Source: an uncultured Chthonomonadaceae bacterium (lineage in GTDB: Bacteria; Armatimonadota; Chthonomonadetes; Chthonomonadales; CAJBBX01). From it: 64,000 bases of DNA. The translations under genes were made by a program, and so were the position numbers. The stretch's first letter is position 1, and each line of letters opens with the position of its first letter. The stretch is from positions 40,673-104,672 of the forward strand of contig CAZFLM010000014.1 in the NCBI GenBank assembly GCA_964519955.1, given 5' to 3'. Below the pieces are notes generated by a model. That model was not told the origin of the DNA. It worked only from the letters and a program-made list of their open reading frames with translations, and searched no databases. Below, in pieces: positions 35,305 through 45,279 of the stretch.

Positions 35305-36108
35305 CTAGTCGCGCAGACCCCACGAACCGTCAGCGCGCTTGTACGGAATGCCCCACAGCTCGTCGCGGCCCTGGTATGGCCCGGCATCCGCCACCAACCA
35401 GTCCAGGATGGCCTTGCCATCCAACTGGTTGCCACCAAGCTGGACGCCGGCGGAGTTGAGGAGCGGCCTCGCGTGCACGGCCTTGGCGTGTCCGTCTGCC
35501 CAGGCAGCGTTCACGGTCATGTTGTGCCGAACTTGTATCGGGGAATCGAAGAGGCCGAAGCCGGCGCTTCCGCCAGGCAGCGTCACCGTGGAGTCGGACC
35601 AGGCCGACGTCTCCGCCGGGAACTCGACGTCCGCCATGGACTTCACAGGCCGGTCGGTCTCGCCCGGGAACAGCGCGTTCGGATCGCCGTTGTCGATCAG
35701 CGCGTAGTTCGGCTGGTAGCTCACGACGCTAACGGGCGGACTGGCAACGCACGGCGCCGGGAGACCGATGACGCTCATGCCCACGATGAAGTCGAGCTTG
35801 GTCGAGTCGGAGGGGCAGAGCATGACCTGCGAGTTCTTCTGGTAGGGCTGGATCTCTTGCATCGCGGTCATGATGCAAGGGGTGGTCTGTACGGCGAGGT
35901 AGATGTTAATAGGGTAGCACTCGTCGTAGTCCTGAACGTACATGACGAGCGCCGTGCCGGTCTGCTTCAGGTTGCTCAGACAGGAGGCAGAACGCGCTTT
36001 CTCACGCGCCTGGGCGAACACAGGGAACAGGATCGCCGCAAGTATAGCGATGATGGCGATCACGACGAGCAATTCGATCAACGTAAAGCCGCGTCTGGAT
36101 AGCCTCAT
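35305..36108 (-). CDS. Prepilin-type N-terminal cleavage/methylation domain protein (DUF1559 / H-X9-DG-like pseudopilin family)
   Basis: 267 aa. Shows [39 protein letters not shown] and the C-terminal [11 protein letters not shown]. An AAGGAGAGAAGG RBS precedes it. Confidence 0.85.
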   Translation of the reverse strand: MRLSRRGFTLIELLVVIAIIAILAAILFPVFAQAREKARSASCLSNLKQTGTALVMYVQDYDECYPINIYLAVQTTPCIMTAMQEIQPYQKNSQVMLCPSDSTKLDFIVGMSVIGLPAPCVASPPVSVVSYQPNYALIDNGDPNALFPGETDRPVKSMADVEFPAETSAWSDSTVTLPGGSAGFGLFDSPIQVRHNMTVNAAWADGHAKAVHARPLLNSAGVQLGGNQLDGKAILDWLVADAGPYQGRDELWGIPYKRADGSWGLRD

Positions 36109-36281
36109 TGCCTTCTCTCCTTGTCGATTGGCACACGCACCGACCGGTCACGCCCCAGGGGCTGGCTGGCGTCACGCTGCCGTCGAGGTCACTCTTGCCT
36201 TGGTATTGCCTCCTTGATCAGAAGAACAGAAGCCCCCGGCCGAGCGCCTGCCCGGCCGGAAGCCCTGGTACGACCCATACC

Positions 36282-36500
36282 CTACCTACTGCCTACACCG
36301 TTCTCGCGGATGTGCTGCCGCAGCTTCTCCTGGTCGATTACGACAGTGCCACTCGTCGGGCCTTGGGACTCCTGATGCCGCCAACTGGCCCACTTGTACA
36401 GGCCGATCAGCAGCAGCACCGCAACTGCCACGCCCAGCAACACCGGCGGTTTGGCCCACTTCTCGATCGGGCTCTCTTGGCGTCGTGATTGGGTTCGCAA
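36282..36500 (-). CDS. Small single-pass membrane protein (second copy of the module partner)
   Basis: 72 aa with a TTG start 9 nt after the upstream stop. Shows ...IEKWAKPPVLLGVAVAVLLLIGLYKW..., the same KWA + TM layout as 35046-35258. Confidence 0.4.
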   Translation of the reverse strand: MRTQSRRQESPIEKWAKPPVLLGVAVAVLLLIGLYKWASWRHQESQGPTSGTVVIDQEKLRQHIRENGVGSR

Positions 36501-36509
36501 GGTAGCCCT

Positions 36510-37340
36510 CTACGGATTGCTGCGATACCAGCTACCGTCGGCGTTTTGATGGGCGATGCCCCACAGCTCGTACCGCTCGCGGTACGGCCCCGCGTCGCTC
36601 ACCTTGTACAGCTTCAGCACCTGCCCGTCGAGGCCGGCGCACGTGTAGGCAACACCGGAGCTGTCGACGACTGCCCTGGTATGCACGGGCTTGGCATGGC
36701 CGTCGCAGAAGTTGGCGTTGGTCACACCCGAGTGCAGGCCGCTGATCGGGGACTGGAACGTCGAGCAGGAGAAGTCGGACGGCTTGCGAACCGGCATCAG
36801 CGAGGGAACGCCGTCGGAGATGAGCGCCGTCTCCACGCCGAACTCGATCGATGCCACCTTCTTCGCCGCGCGGCTGTCGTCGGTGCCGAAGATGTTGCTC
36901 GGCGAGCCGTTGTCGACGACCGCGAAGTTGAAGTTGTAGGACAGGTAGCGGACGGGCGGGCTGCTGGTGCACAGGCCCGGGAGGCCCGTAGCCGCCGAGA
37001 TGTTCGCCCAACCCGCCACGAAGTCGACGGCTCGCGGGCTGGAGGGGCACTGCATCACGTTCGCGTTCTTCTGGTACGGCGAGATCTCATGGTAGAACGT
37101 CATCGTGCAGGGCGACGAGCCGAGCGCCATGTAGAGGTTGATGGGAAACGTCTCGTCATAGTCCTGCGTGTACATCAGCGTGGCGAGGGAGGACTGCTTG
37201 AGGTTGCTCAGACAGGAGATCGCCCGCGCTTTCTCTCTGGCCTGTGCGAACACGGGGAATAGAATCGCCGCCAAAATGGCAATGATGGCGATCACGACGA
37301 GCAGTTCGATCAGCGTAAAGCCACGTCTGGATAGCTTCAT
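36510..37340 (-). CDS. Prepilin-type N-terminal cleavage/methylation domain protein (DUF1559-like), paralogue of 35305-36108
   Basis: I chose the start ATG at 37340 ([39 protein letters not shown]; AAGGAGA RBS). The C-terminus has FCDGHAKPV ... [23 protein letters not shown]. Confidence 0.85.
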   Translation of the reverse strand: MKLSRRGFTLIELLVVIAIIAILAAILFPVFAQAREKARAISCLSNLKQSSLATLMYTQDYDETFPINLYMALGSSPCTMTFYHEISPYQKNANVMQCPSSPRAVDFVAGWANISAATGLPGLCTSSPPVRYLSYNFNFAVVDNGSPSNIFGTDDSRAAKKVASIEFGVETALISDGVPSLMPVRKPSDFSCSTFQSPISGLHSGVTNANFCDGHAKPVHTRAVVDSSGVAYTCAGLDGQVLKLYKVSDAGPYRERYELWGIAHQNADGSWYRSNP

Positions 37341-37655
37341 TACCCTCTGTCTCCTTGTTGGCCGGCGGACGAACACGTCCCTATGCGCCTTCGCCCCTGG
37401 TTCCGGCTTCGTTGCCGTCGCACTAGCGGGAATACGTCGGATCCCTCCATCACGAAGAAGCGGGCAACCACCACCGCGCCACAGTCGGCGCGCAACCGAT
37501 CACCACGCACGCGAATGGTGCCCTCGGTCCATTCTAGCAAGGCGACTGACCGGTGTCAAGGAGCAACCGCGGACCCCGGTAACAAGAACGGGTACCGAAC
37601 GCCACAGGCGCCCGATACCCGCATCAGTCCTTTGTCGCTTTGGGCGACCGACCAC

Positions 37656-38522
37656 CTATGCGCCGCCCTCGGCTCCCAACACCAGGTTGTCGATGAGCCG
37701 GGTCTGGCCCACGAACGCGGCAACCGCGAGCAGCGCGCCGTCGTCGCCCACCGCGGCGAGCGGCGCAAGGGTCTCCGGGTGCACGACCTCCCAGTACTGC
37801 ACGTGCACGCCGGCCGTCGCGAGGATGCACGCGATCCCTGCCTCACGGATCGCCTTCGCGGAGCGCTCGCCCGCCTGCCACGCGTCGCGCGCGGCCCGCA
37901 GGCTGCGGCTGAGCACCAGGGCGCGGGCGCGCTCGTCCGGCGACAGGTACACGTTCCGCGAGCTGAGCGCCAGACCGTCGGCCTCGCGCACGATCGGGCA
38001 GACGACCATCTCGACCGGCACGTTGAGGTCGCGCACCATGCGCTTGAGCACCGCGCACTGCTGCGCGTCCTTCTGCCCGAAGTAGGCGCGGTCCGGCTGC
38101 ACCAGGTTGAACAGCTTCAGCACGACCGTCGTCACGCCGCGGAAGTGCCCGGGGCGATACTGGCCGCAGAGCCCCTGGGAGACGCTCTCCTCGACGACGT
38201 ACGTCGATGCGCCCTCGGGGTACATCGCCACCGGCTCCGGCGCGAACACGGCACCCACCCCGGCACCCGACAGCAGCTCGACGTCACGCTCGAACGGGCG
38301 CGGGTACTTCGCCAGGTCCTCGGTGGGCCCGAACTGGATCGGGTTCACGAAGATGCTCGCCACGGTCACGTCGCACTGCGCCACGGAGGCGCGCGCCAGC
38401 GAGAGGTGCCCCTCGTGGATCGCGCCCATCGTGGGCACCAGGCCTACCGTCTGCCCCTTGTCCAGGCCGCGGCGCCACTCGCGCAGCTCGCCCACCGTCC
38501 TCAGTATCCGGATCTCACCCAT
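37656..38522 (-). CDS. panC: Pantoate--beta-alanine ligase
   Basis: 288 aa. Shows VPTMGAIHEGHLSL and IFVNPIQF. Confidence 0.92.
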   Translation of the reverse strand: MGEIRILRTVGELREWRRGLDKGQTVGLVPTMGAIHEGHLSLARASVAQCDVTVASIFVNPIQFGPTEDLAKYPRPFERDVELLSGAGVGAVFAPEPVAMYPEGASTYVVEESVSQGLCGQYRPGHFRGVTTVVLKLFNLVQPDRAYFGQKDAQQCAVLKRMVRDLNVPVEMVVCPIVREADGLALSSRNVYLSPDERARALVLSRSLRAARDAWQAGERSAKAIREAGIACILATAGVHVQYWEVVHPETLAPLAAVGDDGALLAVAAFVGQTRLIDNLVLGAEGGA

Positions 38523-39753
38523 TGCGCCAACTCGCTATCGTACTCAGGATCTGCTTCGCCACCTCGGCCTTCGACGCCGGCCCCAACTCGACCTCAGCGC
38601 CCCGCGACGAGAACAGCACTCCGGCGTTCGCGTCGCCGCCGAAGCCGCTCTCGACACTCTCGCCCAGCCTCGCCACCCGGTTCACGAAGAGGTAGTCCAG
38701 CTTCTTGGCGATCATCTTCGCGCGGCCCGCAGCCACCACGTCGTCGGTCTCTGCGGCGAACCCACAGAACCACTGCCCGGGCCGTGCCTCGCCGCGCACC
38801 GAGCGCAGCACGTCGGCCGACGGCACCAGCCATAGCGCCGTCTCGTCGTCCGCCCGCTTCAGCTTGCCCACCGAACTCTCCGCCACCCGGTAGTCCAGCA
38901 CCGCCGCGCAGGCGATGACGCCATCCACCTCCGGCAGCAGGCTCAGCGCGGCGTCGCGCATCTCCTCGGCGGTGTTCACCTCGGTCACAGACAGCCTGCC
39001 GTGCGCGCAGGCCGGAATGCTCGGCCGGACGACGCCCTTGTCGACGCCCTGCACGCACCGCACATCGGCGCCCCGGAGGGCGGCCTGCTCCGCGATGGCC
39101 GCGCCCATCTTGCCGGTCGATCGGTTGGTCAGGTAGCGCACCGCGTCGATGGCGCTCGTCGTAGGGCCTGAGGTGACCAGCAGCTTCCACCCAGCCAGGT
39201 CGGCGGGCGTCATCACCGCCTCGATGGCGGCCACGATGTCCTCCGGCGCCGCCAGCTTTCCCTCGCCCAACTCGCCGCACGCCAGCACGCCGGACGCGGG
39301 CTCAACGATCGCCACGCCGCGGCTCTTGAGCGTCGCCACGTGCTGCTGCGTGATCGGCTGGGCCCACATCACCTTGTTCATCGCCGGCGCCACGAGCAGC
39401 TTCGCCGTCGTCGCCAGCGCCACGGTGCTGAGCAGGTCGTCCGCCAGGCCCAGCGCGAGCTTCGCGATCGCCTTGGCCGTCGCGGGCGCCACCACCAGGA
39501 TGTCCGCCCACCTCGCCAGCGTGATGTGCTCCGTGCCCGGCGCATCCGGGTCGAACATGCCGGTCCGCACCGGGTGCCCGCTCAGCGTCTCCAGGACCTC
39601 ACGCGTGACGAAGTGGGAGGCGTTCTCGGTCATGACGCAGCGCACGTCGTGGCCGCGCTTGCGCAGGAGCGAGACGATGTCGGCGGCCTTGTAGCCGGCG
39701 ATGCTGCCGGTGACGCCGAGAAGCACCTTCAGCCCGGCCTCGGGATCAGGCAT
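38515..39753 (-). CDS. coaBC: Bifunctional phosphopantothenoylcysteine decarboxylase / phosphopantothenate--cysteine ligase
   Basis: 412 aa. Shows the flavoprotein N-domain LLGVTGSIAGYKAADIV and the DFP C-domain. Confidence 0.9.
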   Translation of the reverse strand: MPDPEAGLKVLLGVTGSIAGYKAADIVSLLRKRGHDVRCVMTENASHFVTREVLETLSGHPVRTGMFDPDAPGTEHITLARWADILVVAPATAKAIAKLALGLADDLLSTVALATTAKLLVAPAMNKVMWAQPITQQHVATLKSRGVAIVEPASGVLACGELGEGKLAAPEDIVAAIEAVMTPADLAGWKLLVTSGPTTSAIDAVRYLTNRSTGKMGAAIAEQAALRGADVRCVQGVDKGVVRPSIPACAHGRLSVTEVNTAEEMRDAALSLLPEVDGVIACAAVLDYRVAESSVGKLKRADDETALWLVPSADVLRSVRGEARPGQWFCGFAAETDDVVAAGRAKMIAKKLDYLFVNRVARLGESVESGFGGDANAGVLFSSRGAEVELGPASKAEVAKQILSTIASWRNG

Positions 39754-40528
39754 TCAGTTCTCCGTATCGCACCAGGCCGCGCAGCGTCAGGTCGGGCTCG
39801 ACGCGGAAGCGCTCCGACGGGCGCAGCAGGGCCATGCAGCCGCCCGTGGCGAACATGGTCGCGTTGGCGAACTCAGGCGGCGCGTCCGCGAGCAGGCGGT
39901 CCACCATTCCCTCGATCAGCGCCTCGTACCCGAGCAGGACGCCGCTCTGGATCTGGGTGTCGGTGGTGTTGCCCACCGCGCTCGGCGGCGGCACCAGGTC
40001 GACACCGTAGAGCCGCGCAGCCCGCTCCTTCAGCGCGCGCCAGCTCACCATCACGCCCGGCGTGATCGCGCCGCCCAGGTACGCCGGTCGCGAGTCGATG
40101 AGGCAGAAGGTGGTGGCTGTGCCTGCGTCCACGATCAGGAACGGGGGCTTCGCGAGACCCATGGCGCCCGCCACGTTCGCCAGGCGGTCCGCGCCGAGCT
40201 GCTCCGGGTTCGGGAGCGCCAGGTCAAACTCGCGCATGGCGCGATGGTCCACGATCAGCGTGGGAGTGGGCCGGAACGCGCTCACGACGATGCGCTCCAG
40301 CGTGGGCACCACGGACGCGCAGATGACGCGCTCGACGGTCTCGACGACATCCGGCACGGCGATGCCGTCGCGCGCCGAAGCGAACAGGCCGGACATGCGC
40401 GCGCGGTACTCGTCGCAGGTCAGGTCGGCGCCGGTGTGGAAGCGGACGCGCGAGACGATGCGTCCGTCCTCCGCGAGACCGGCCACGGTGTTCGAGTTAC
40501 CGATGTCCAGCAGCAGCCAGCGAGCCAT
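39746..40528 (-). CDS. coaX: Type III pantothenate kinase
   Basis: 260 aa. Shows LLLDIGNSNTV and DAGTATTF. Confidence 0.88.
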   Translation of the reverse strand: MARWLLLDIGNSNTVAGLAEDGRIVSRVRFHTGADLTCDEYRARMSGLFASARDGIAVPDVVETVERVICASVVPTLERIVVSAFRPTPTLIVDHRAMREFDLALPNPEQLGADRLANVAGAMGLAKPPFLIVDAGTATTFCLIDSRPAYLGGAITPGVMVSWRALKERAARLYGVDLVPPPSAVGNTTDTQIQSGVLLGYEALIEGMVDRLLADAPPEFANATMFATGGCMALLRPSERFRVEPDLTLRGLVRYGELNA

Positions 40529-40531
40529 CCC

Positions 40532-41329
<798 letters not shown>

Positions 41330-41385
41330 GGCGCCTCGCTTCCGCGTTGGCCCGCGGCAGGTGCGGCCCGCGGGCCCAGAGAGAC

Positions 41386-41419
41386 GAGCGGGCGGAGACT
41401 CGATCGTCGCCGCCCGCTC
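41386..41419 (-). terminator. Hairpin (terminator/attenuator) between fba and the pan/coa operon
   Basis: A 10-bp stem, GAGCGGGCGG / CCGCCCGCTC. A second 9-bp hairpin lies at 41349-41376. Confidence 0.45.
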
Positions 41420-41459
41420 ATTTCGTAACCGATGTCCGGGCTGTGCCGGTGGCCGAGCC

Positions 41460-42419
41460 CTACTTCAGGGCCGCAACCGCGTGCGCTCGCGCAGCGTCGA
41501 GTTCGCCCGCGGAACCCAGCAGCTCGTTGCGGCTGGCGATGAACTTGGCGTACTCGGCCTGGAACACCTTGCCGGGCGGGCGCAGGTCGAAGTTGGCGGG
41601 CGTATCGCGGAAGGCCTCGCGATGGACGCGGCACCAGACCAGGCGGCCGTCGGTGTCGATGTTGATCTTGCAGACGCCGCGCTTGGCCGCGGGCAGGTAC
41701 TCGTTGGCGTCGACGCCCTTGGCGCCCTTCAGATCGCCGCCGGCCGCGTTGATGCGCGCGACCTCGTCCTGCGGCACCGAGGACGAACCATGCATGACGA
41801 GCGGGTACTTGGGCAGGCGCTCAGCGATCTTCTCGATCACCTCGAAGTGCAGGCCCTGGCCGCCGGTGAACTTGAACGCGCCGTGGCTGGTGCCGATGGC
41901 GCAGGCGAGGCTGTCGCAGCCGGTCTTCTTGACGAACTCCTCGGCCTCGGCGGGATCGGTCAGGCGGGCGTCCTTCTCATCGACGCTCACGTGCTCCTCG
42001 ACGCCGCCCAACTGGCCGAGCTCGGCCTCGACGCTGATGCCCTTGGGGTGCGCCGCGTCGACCACGCGCTTCGTGACCGCGATGTTCTCCTCGAACGACA
42101 GGTGCGAACCGTCGATCATCACGGACGAGTAGAAGCCGCTCTCAATGCAGTCGTAGCAGGTCTGCTCATCGCCGTGGTCCAGGTGAACCGCGAAGAGCGA
42201 ATCGGGCCAGATCTGGTCGGCCGTGCGGATGATGGCCTCGAGCATCCGCTTGTCCGTGTAGGACCGGGCGCCCTTGCTGATCTGGATGATGAACGGAGCC
42301 TTGGACTCCTCGTTGCCCCGGAAGAGCCCCATCGCCTGCTCGAGGTTATTGATGTTGTACGCTCCCAGGGCGTACTTCCCGTAGGCATGCTCGAAAAGCA
42401 CGCGGGTTGGCACAATCAT
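41460..42419 (-). CDS. fba: Class II fructose-bisphosphate aldolase
   Basis: I chose the start ATG at 42419 (MIVPTRVLFEHAYGKYALGAYNINNLEQ...). Shows HLDHG and GTSHGAFKF. The N-terminal 173 aa of the track ORF were rejected. Confidence 0.9.
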   Translation of the reverse strand: MIVPTRVLFEHAYGKYALGAYNINNLEQAMGLFRGNEESKAPFIIQISKGARSYTDKRMLEAIIRTADQIWPDSLFAVHLDHGDEQTCYDCIESGFYSSVMIDGSHLSFEENIAVTKRVVDAAHPKGISVEAELGQLGGVEEHVSVDEKDARLTDPAEAEEFVKKTGCDSLACAIGTSHGAFKFTGGQGLHFEVIEKIAERLPKYPLVMHGSSSVPQDEVARINAAGGDLKGAKGVDANEYLPAAKRGVCKINIDTDGRLVWCRVHREAFRDTPANFDLRPPGKVFQAEYAKFIASRNELLGSAGELDAARAHAVAALK

Positions 42420-42530
42420 GCTGGCGGTCCTTTCACAGCCCGACCGCGTCGTCCTCAAGGTGTGGCTCGACGCCGGGCGATAGCTTCTCCGTGGCCGGCG
42501 CACGCACGCGCCGCCCTGGTATCCTTCCAC

Positions 42531-42536
42531 ATTATA
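42531..42536 (-). promoter_or_regulatory. Candidate -10 box (TATAAT on the minus strand) upstream of fba
   Basis: A perfect TATAAT about 110 nt upstream of the fba ATG. I see no convincing -35 element. Confidence 0.3.
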
Positions 42537-42735
42537 CCTGTCAGCTACAACAGGTCCGGTTCCTTCGCACTCGCGCGATGGTGAACCCTTCCGCACCCGC
42601 CTGCAACTAACACCACCGGAGAGCACCCGCGGCGGGGCTGCCCCGCACACCGTAACGGAGCAGCCCTGTCCAGCGTCGAATCCCGGGACGGACGCCGTGT
42701 CCGCCCGACGCACCGCCGCCCACGGAGGTGGGACC

Positions 42736-45174
42736 ATGCAGCTACCGACATCCGTCCGCGCAATCCTGCGCATCGCCCCCCTGTTCTTGCTCGCCGTCTG
42801 CGCGGCTGCCGCGAGCGGCCAGGGCATGCTCGTTCCGCGCCCCGACGTGCGCGAATGGCCCTTCTCCATCAAGCGCGTCCAGGTGACCTCTACCATCCGC
42901 GACGCCCTGGTCGAGACCGCGGTCGAGCAGGTCTTCGGCAACGAGTCCGAGCGCGAGCAGGAAGGGACCTACCTCTTCCCTCTGCCGGAGGGCGCCACCG
43001 TCACCTCGTTCACGCTGAAGGCAGGCGACCGCACCATCGAGGGGCGCGTTCTGCCGAAGAACGAGGCGCGCGGCATCTACGAGTCGATCGTGCGCCAGCG
43101 CCGGGATCCCGCGCTGCTCGAGTACACCGGCGGCGGGGTCTTTCGCGCCTCGGTCTTCCCCATCCCGCCGCACGCCGACCGCACCCTCACCCTCCGCTAC
43201 ACGCAGGTGCTGAAGATGGAGGGCGGGATGCACAAGTTCGAGTACCCGCTGAGCACCGGGCGTTTCTCGACCAAGCCGGCGGCCTCTTCGTCGGTCTCGG
43301 TGAAGCTGCGCACGACCAGCCCGATCAAGACCGTCTACTCGCCGACGCACGATGTCTCGGTGCGGCGCGACGACGAGCGGTCCGCCTCGGCGAGCTGGGA
43401 GGCGCACGGGGAGTTCCCGGACCGCGACTTCGCGCTGTACTACTCGACGAGCGGCGACGACGTGGGCCTGAGCCTGATCACCTATGACGGCGGCGCGGGC
43501 GACCCATGCTTTATGCTCATCGCGTCGCCCCGGGTCAGCGTGCCGAAGGAGAAGACGCTCCCACGCGAGATCGTCTTCGTCCTGGACCGCACCGGCTCGA
43601 TGGCGGAAGGCAAGAAGCTCGTCCAGGCGAAGAAGGCGCTGGACTACTGCCTGGATCGCCTCAACCCGAACGACCGCTTCGGGTTGATCACGTTCAACGA
43701 GAGCACCGACCGGCTGGCCAAGGAGCTGCTGCCGGCAACGCAGCAGAATGTGGACAAGGCGCACCGGTTCATCGCGGACCTGGAGCCGGCGGGGTCGACG
43801 AACATCGGCGAGGCGCTGAAGGCGGCCATCGAGGCGCTGCGCGGCGAGAGCGGCGTCGAGAAGATGGTGATCTTCCTGACGGACGGCCTCCCCACCGTTG
43901 GCGAGACGGACGTGAACGTCATCCTGGACACGGTGAAGCGGCTGAACGGCGACCGTGAGCTGGCAAGCGCCCGGGCAGGCATCCCCTACGGCGCCGCCGG
44001 GGTCCACGCGCGCGTCTTCACGTTCGGCGTGGGCCATGACGTCAACGTGCCGTTCCTCGATCGGCTGGCGGCCGACACGCGCGCCGATGCGGACTATGTG
44101 CGCCCAGAGGAGAGCATCGAGGGCATCGTGTCGAGCTTCTACGCGAAGGTCTCGTCGCCGATCCTCGGGCGTCTGGCGCTCGCGTTCGACGGCGTCGACA
44201 CGTACGACGTGTTCCCCAAGTCGCTGCCCGACCTGTTCAAGGGGAGCCAACTCATCGTCACCGGCAGGTACCGGGGCTCGATCGGCTCCATCCGCCTGAC
44301 GGGCAACGCCATGGGGCATCCGGCAACGTACCGGATGGAGAAGGCGTTCGGCGAGGACGCGGCGCGGAGCCCGCTCGTGTCACGCATCTGGGCCGCACGC
44401 AAGATCGGCTACCTGCTGGACGAGGTGCGGCTGCACAGCAACCGCGAGGTGATCGACGAGATCGTGCGGCTGTCCAAGGAGTACGGCATCATCACGCCCT
44501 ACACGTCGTTCCTGGCGGACGAGCGGCGCGATGTCGCCCTGAAGGAGCGCTACCTCGGCGGAGACAGCTACTCGTACGACCTGGTGCCACTCCACAAGAG
44601 CATCGACGCGGTGCACGGCGCATTCGGCAACCTCCTTGGCTCGAGCGCACTGTCCGGGTCCGGAGCGATCGACCAGTCGCTGGGCCGCCGCGGCTACCAG
44701 GACGCGACCCGCGCCCCCGCGCAGGGCCAGGGCGGCATGGGCGGCTACGGCGGCGGGCTCGGCGGGTTCGGCGGGGCGGCAGCGAAGACGGCGCCCGCCG
44801 GGCAGGGCCGAGGCGGCTGGGCGCTCGACTACGGCGGAGTGACGGGCGGGCAGCAGGGGCAGGCAGCGCCCGGTACGCCGGGCTACCGCCAGATGCAGCA
44901 GGCGTCCACCGTCCAGTCCATCGGCAGCCGGGTCTTCTTCCGGCGCGGCCAGGTGTGGTTCGACAACGCCTACCGCTCCGAGCAGAAGGTGGTCAAAGTG
45001 GAAGCGCTCAGCGACGCCCACTTCCAGCTCCTGAAGGCGCTGCCCGAGCTGAGCCGCTACGCCAACGTGGGCGACGAGGTCGTCTACAGCTTCGGCCGCA
45101 CCGCGTTCCAGATCGGCCAATCCGGCCAGAAGAAGCTCAGCGACGCGGAGGTGCGGGAGCTGACCGCGAAGTAG
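42736..45174 (+). CDS. Secreted VIT-domain + von Willebrand factor A (VWA) domain protein with a Gly-rich C-terminal region
   Basis: I chose the start ATG at 42736 (signal peptide MQLPTSVRAILRIAPLFLLAVCAAAASGQG; GGAGGTGGG RBS). Shows VIT (EGTYLFPLPEGATVTSFTLK), the VWA MIDAS motif (VFVLDRTGSM) and GQGGMGGYGGGLGGFGG. Confidence 0.85.
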   Translation: MQLPTSVRAILRIAPLFLLAVCAAAASGQGMLVPRPDVREWPFSIKRVQVTSTIRDALVETAVEQVFGNESEREQEGTYLFPLPEGATVTSFTLKAGDRTIEGRVLPKNEARGIYESIVRQRRDPALLEYTGGGVFRASVFPIPPHADRTLTLRYTQVLKMEGGMHKFEYPLSTGRFSTKPAASSSVSVKLRTTSPIKTVYSPTHDVSVRRDDERSASASWEAHGEFPDRDFALYYSTSGDDVGLSLITYDGGAGDPCFMLIASPRVSVPKEKTLPREIVFVLDRTGSMAEGKKLVQAKKALDYCLDRLNPNDRFGLITFNESTDRLAKELLPATQQNVDKAHRFIADLEPAGSTNIGEALKAAIEALRGESGVEKMVIFLTDGLPTVGETDVNVILDTVKRLNGDRELASARAGIPYGAAGVHARVFTFGVGHDVNVPFLDRLAADTRADADYVRPEESIEGIVSSFYAKVSSPILGRLALAFDGVDTYDVFPKSLPDLFKGSQLIVTGRYRGSIGSIRLTGNAMGHPATYRMEKAFGEDAARSPLVSRIWAARKIGYLLDEVRLHSNREVIDEIVRLSKEYGIITPYTSFLADERRDVALKERYLGGDSYSYDLVPLHKSIDAVHGAFGNLLGSSALSGSGAIDQSLGRRGYQDATRAPAQGQGGMGGYGGGLGGFGGAAAKTAPAGQGRGGWALDYGGVTGGQQGQAAPGTPGYRQMQQASTVQSIGSRVFFRRGQVWFDNAYRSEQKVVKVEALSDAHFQLLKALPELSRYANVGDEVVYSFGRTAFQIGQSGQKKLSDAEVRELTAK

Positions 45175-45200
45175 CTGGGAAAGAAGCCAGAAGTCAAAAG

Positions 45201-45240
45201 TCAGAAGCCAGAAGGGGCACGCCGCCCTTCTGGCTTCTGG
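45201..45240. terminator. Strong bidirectional hairpin between convergent genes, embedded in heptamer repeats
   Basis: A perfect 14-bp stem, AGAAGCCAGAAGGG / CCCTTCTGGCTTCT (45203-45216 and 45225-45238), extendable to 16 bp, with an 8-nt loop. Confidence 0.65.
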
Positions 45241-45279
45241 CCCGTTGCTTCTGGCCTCTTGCTTCTTGCTTCTTCCCGC

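Noticed and set aside
42408-42422. TGGCACAATCATGCT, a sigma-54-like motif overlapping the fba start codon.
   Set aside because: The GG-to-GC spacing is one nt short of the consensus. The motif points into a region with no suitably placed downstream gene.
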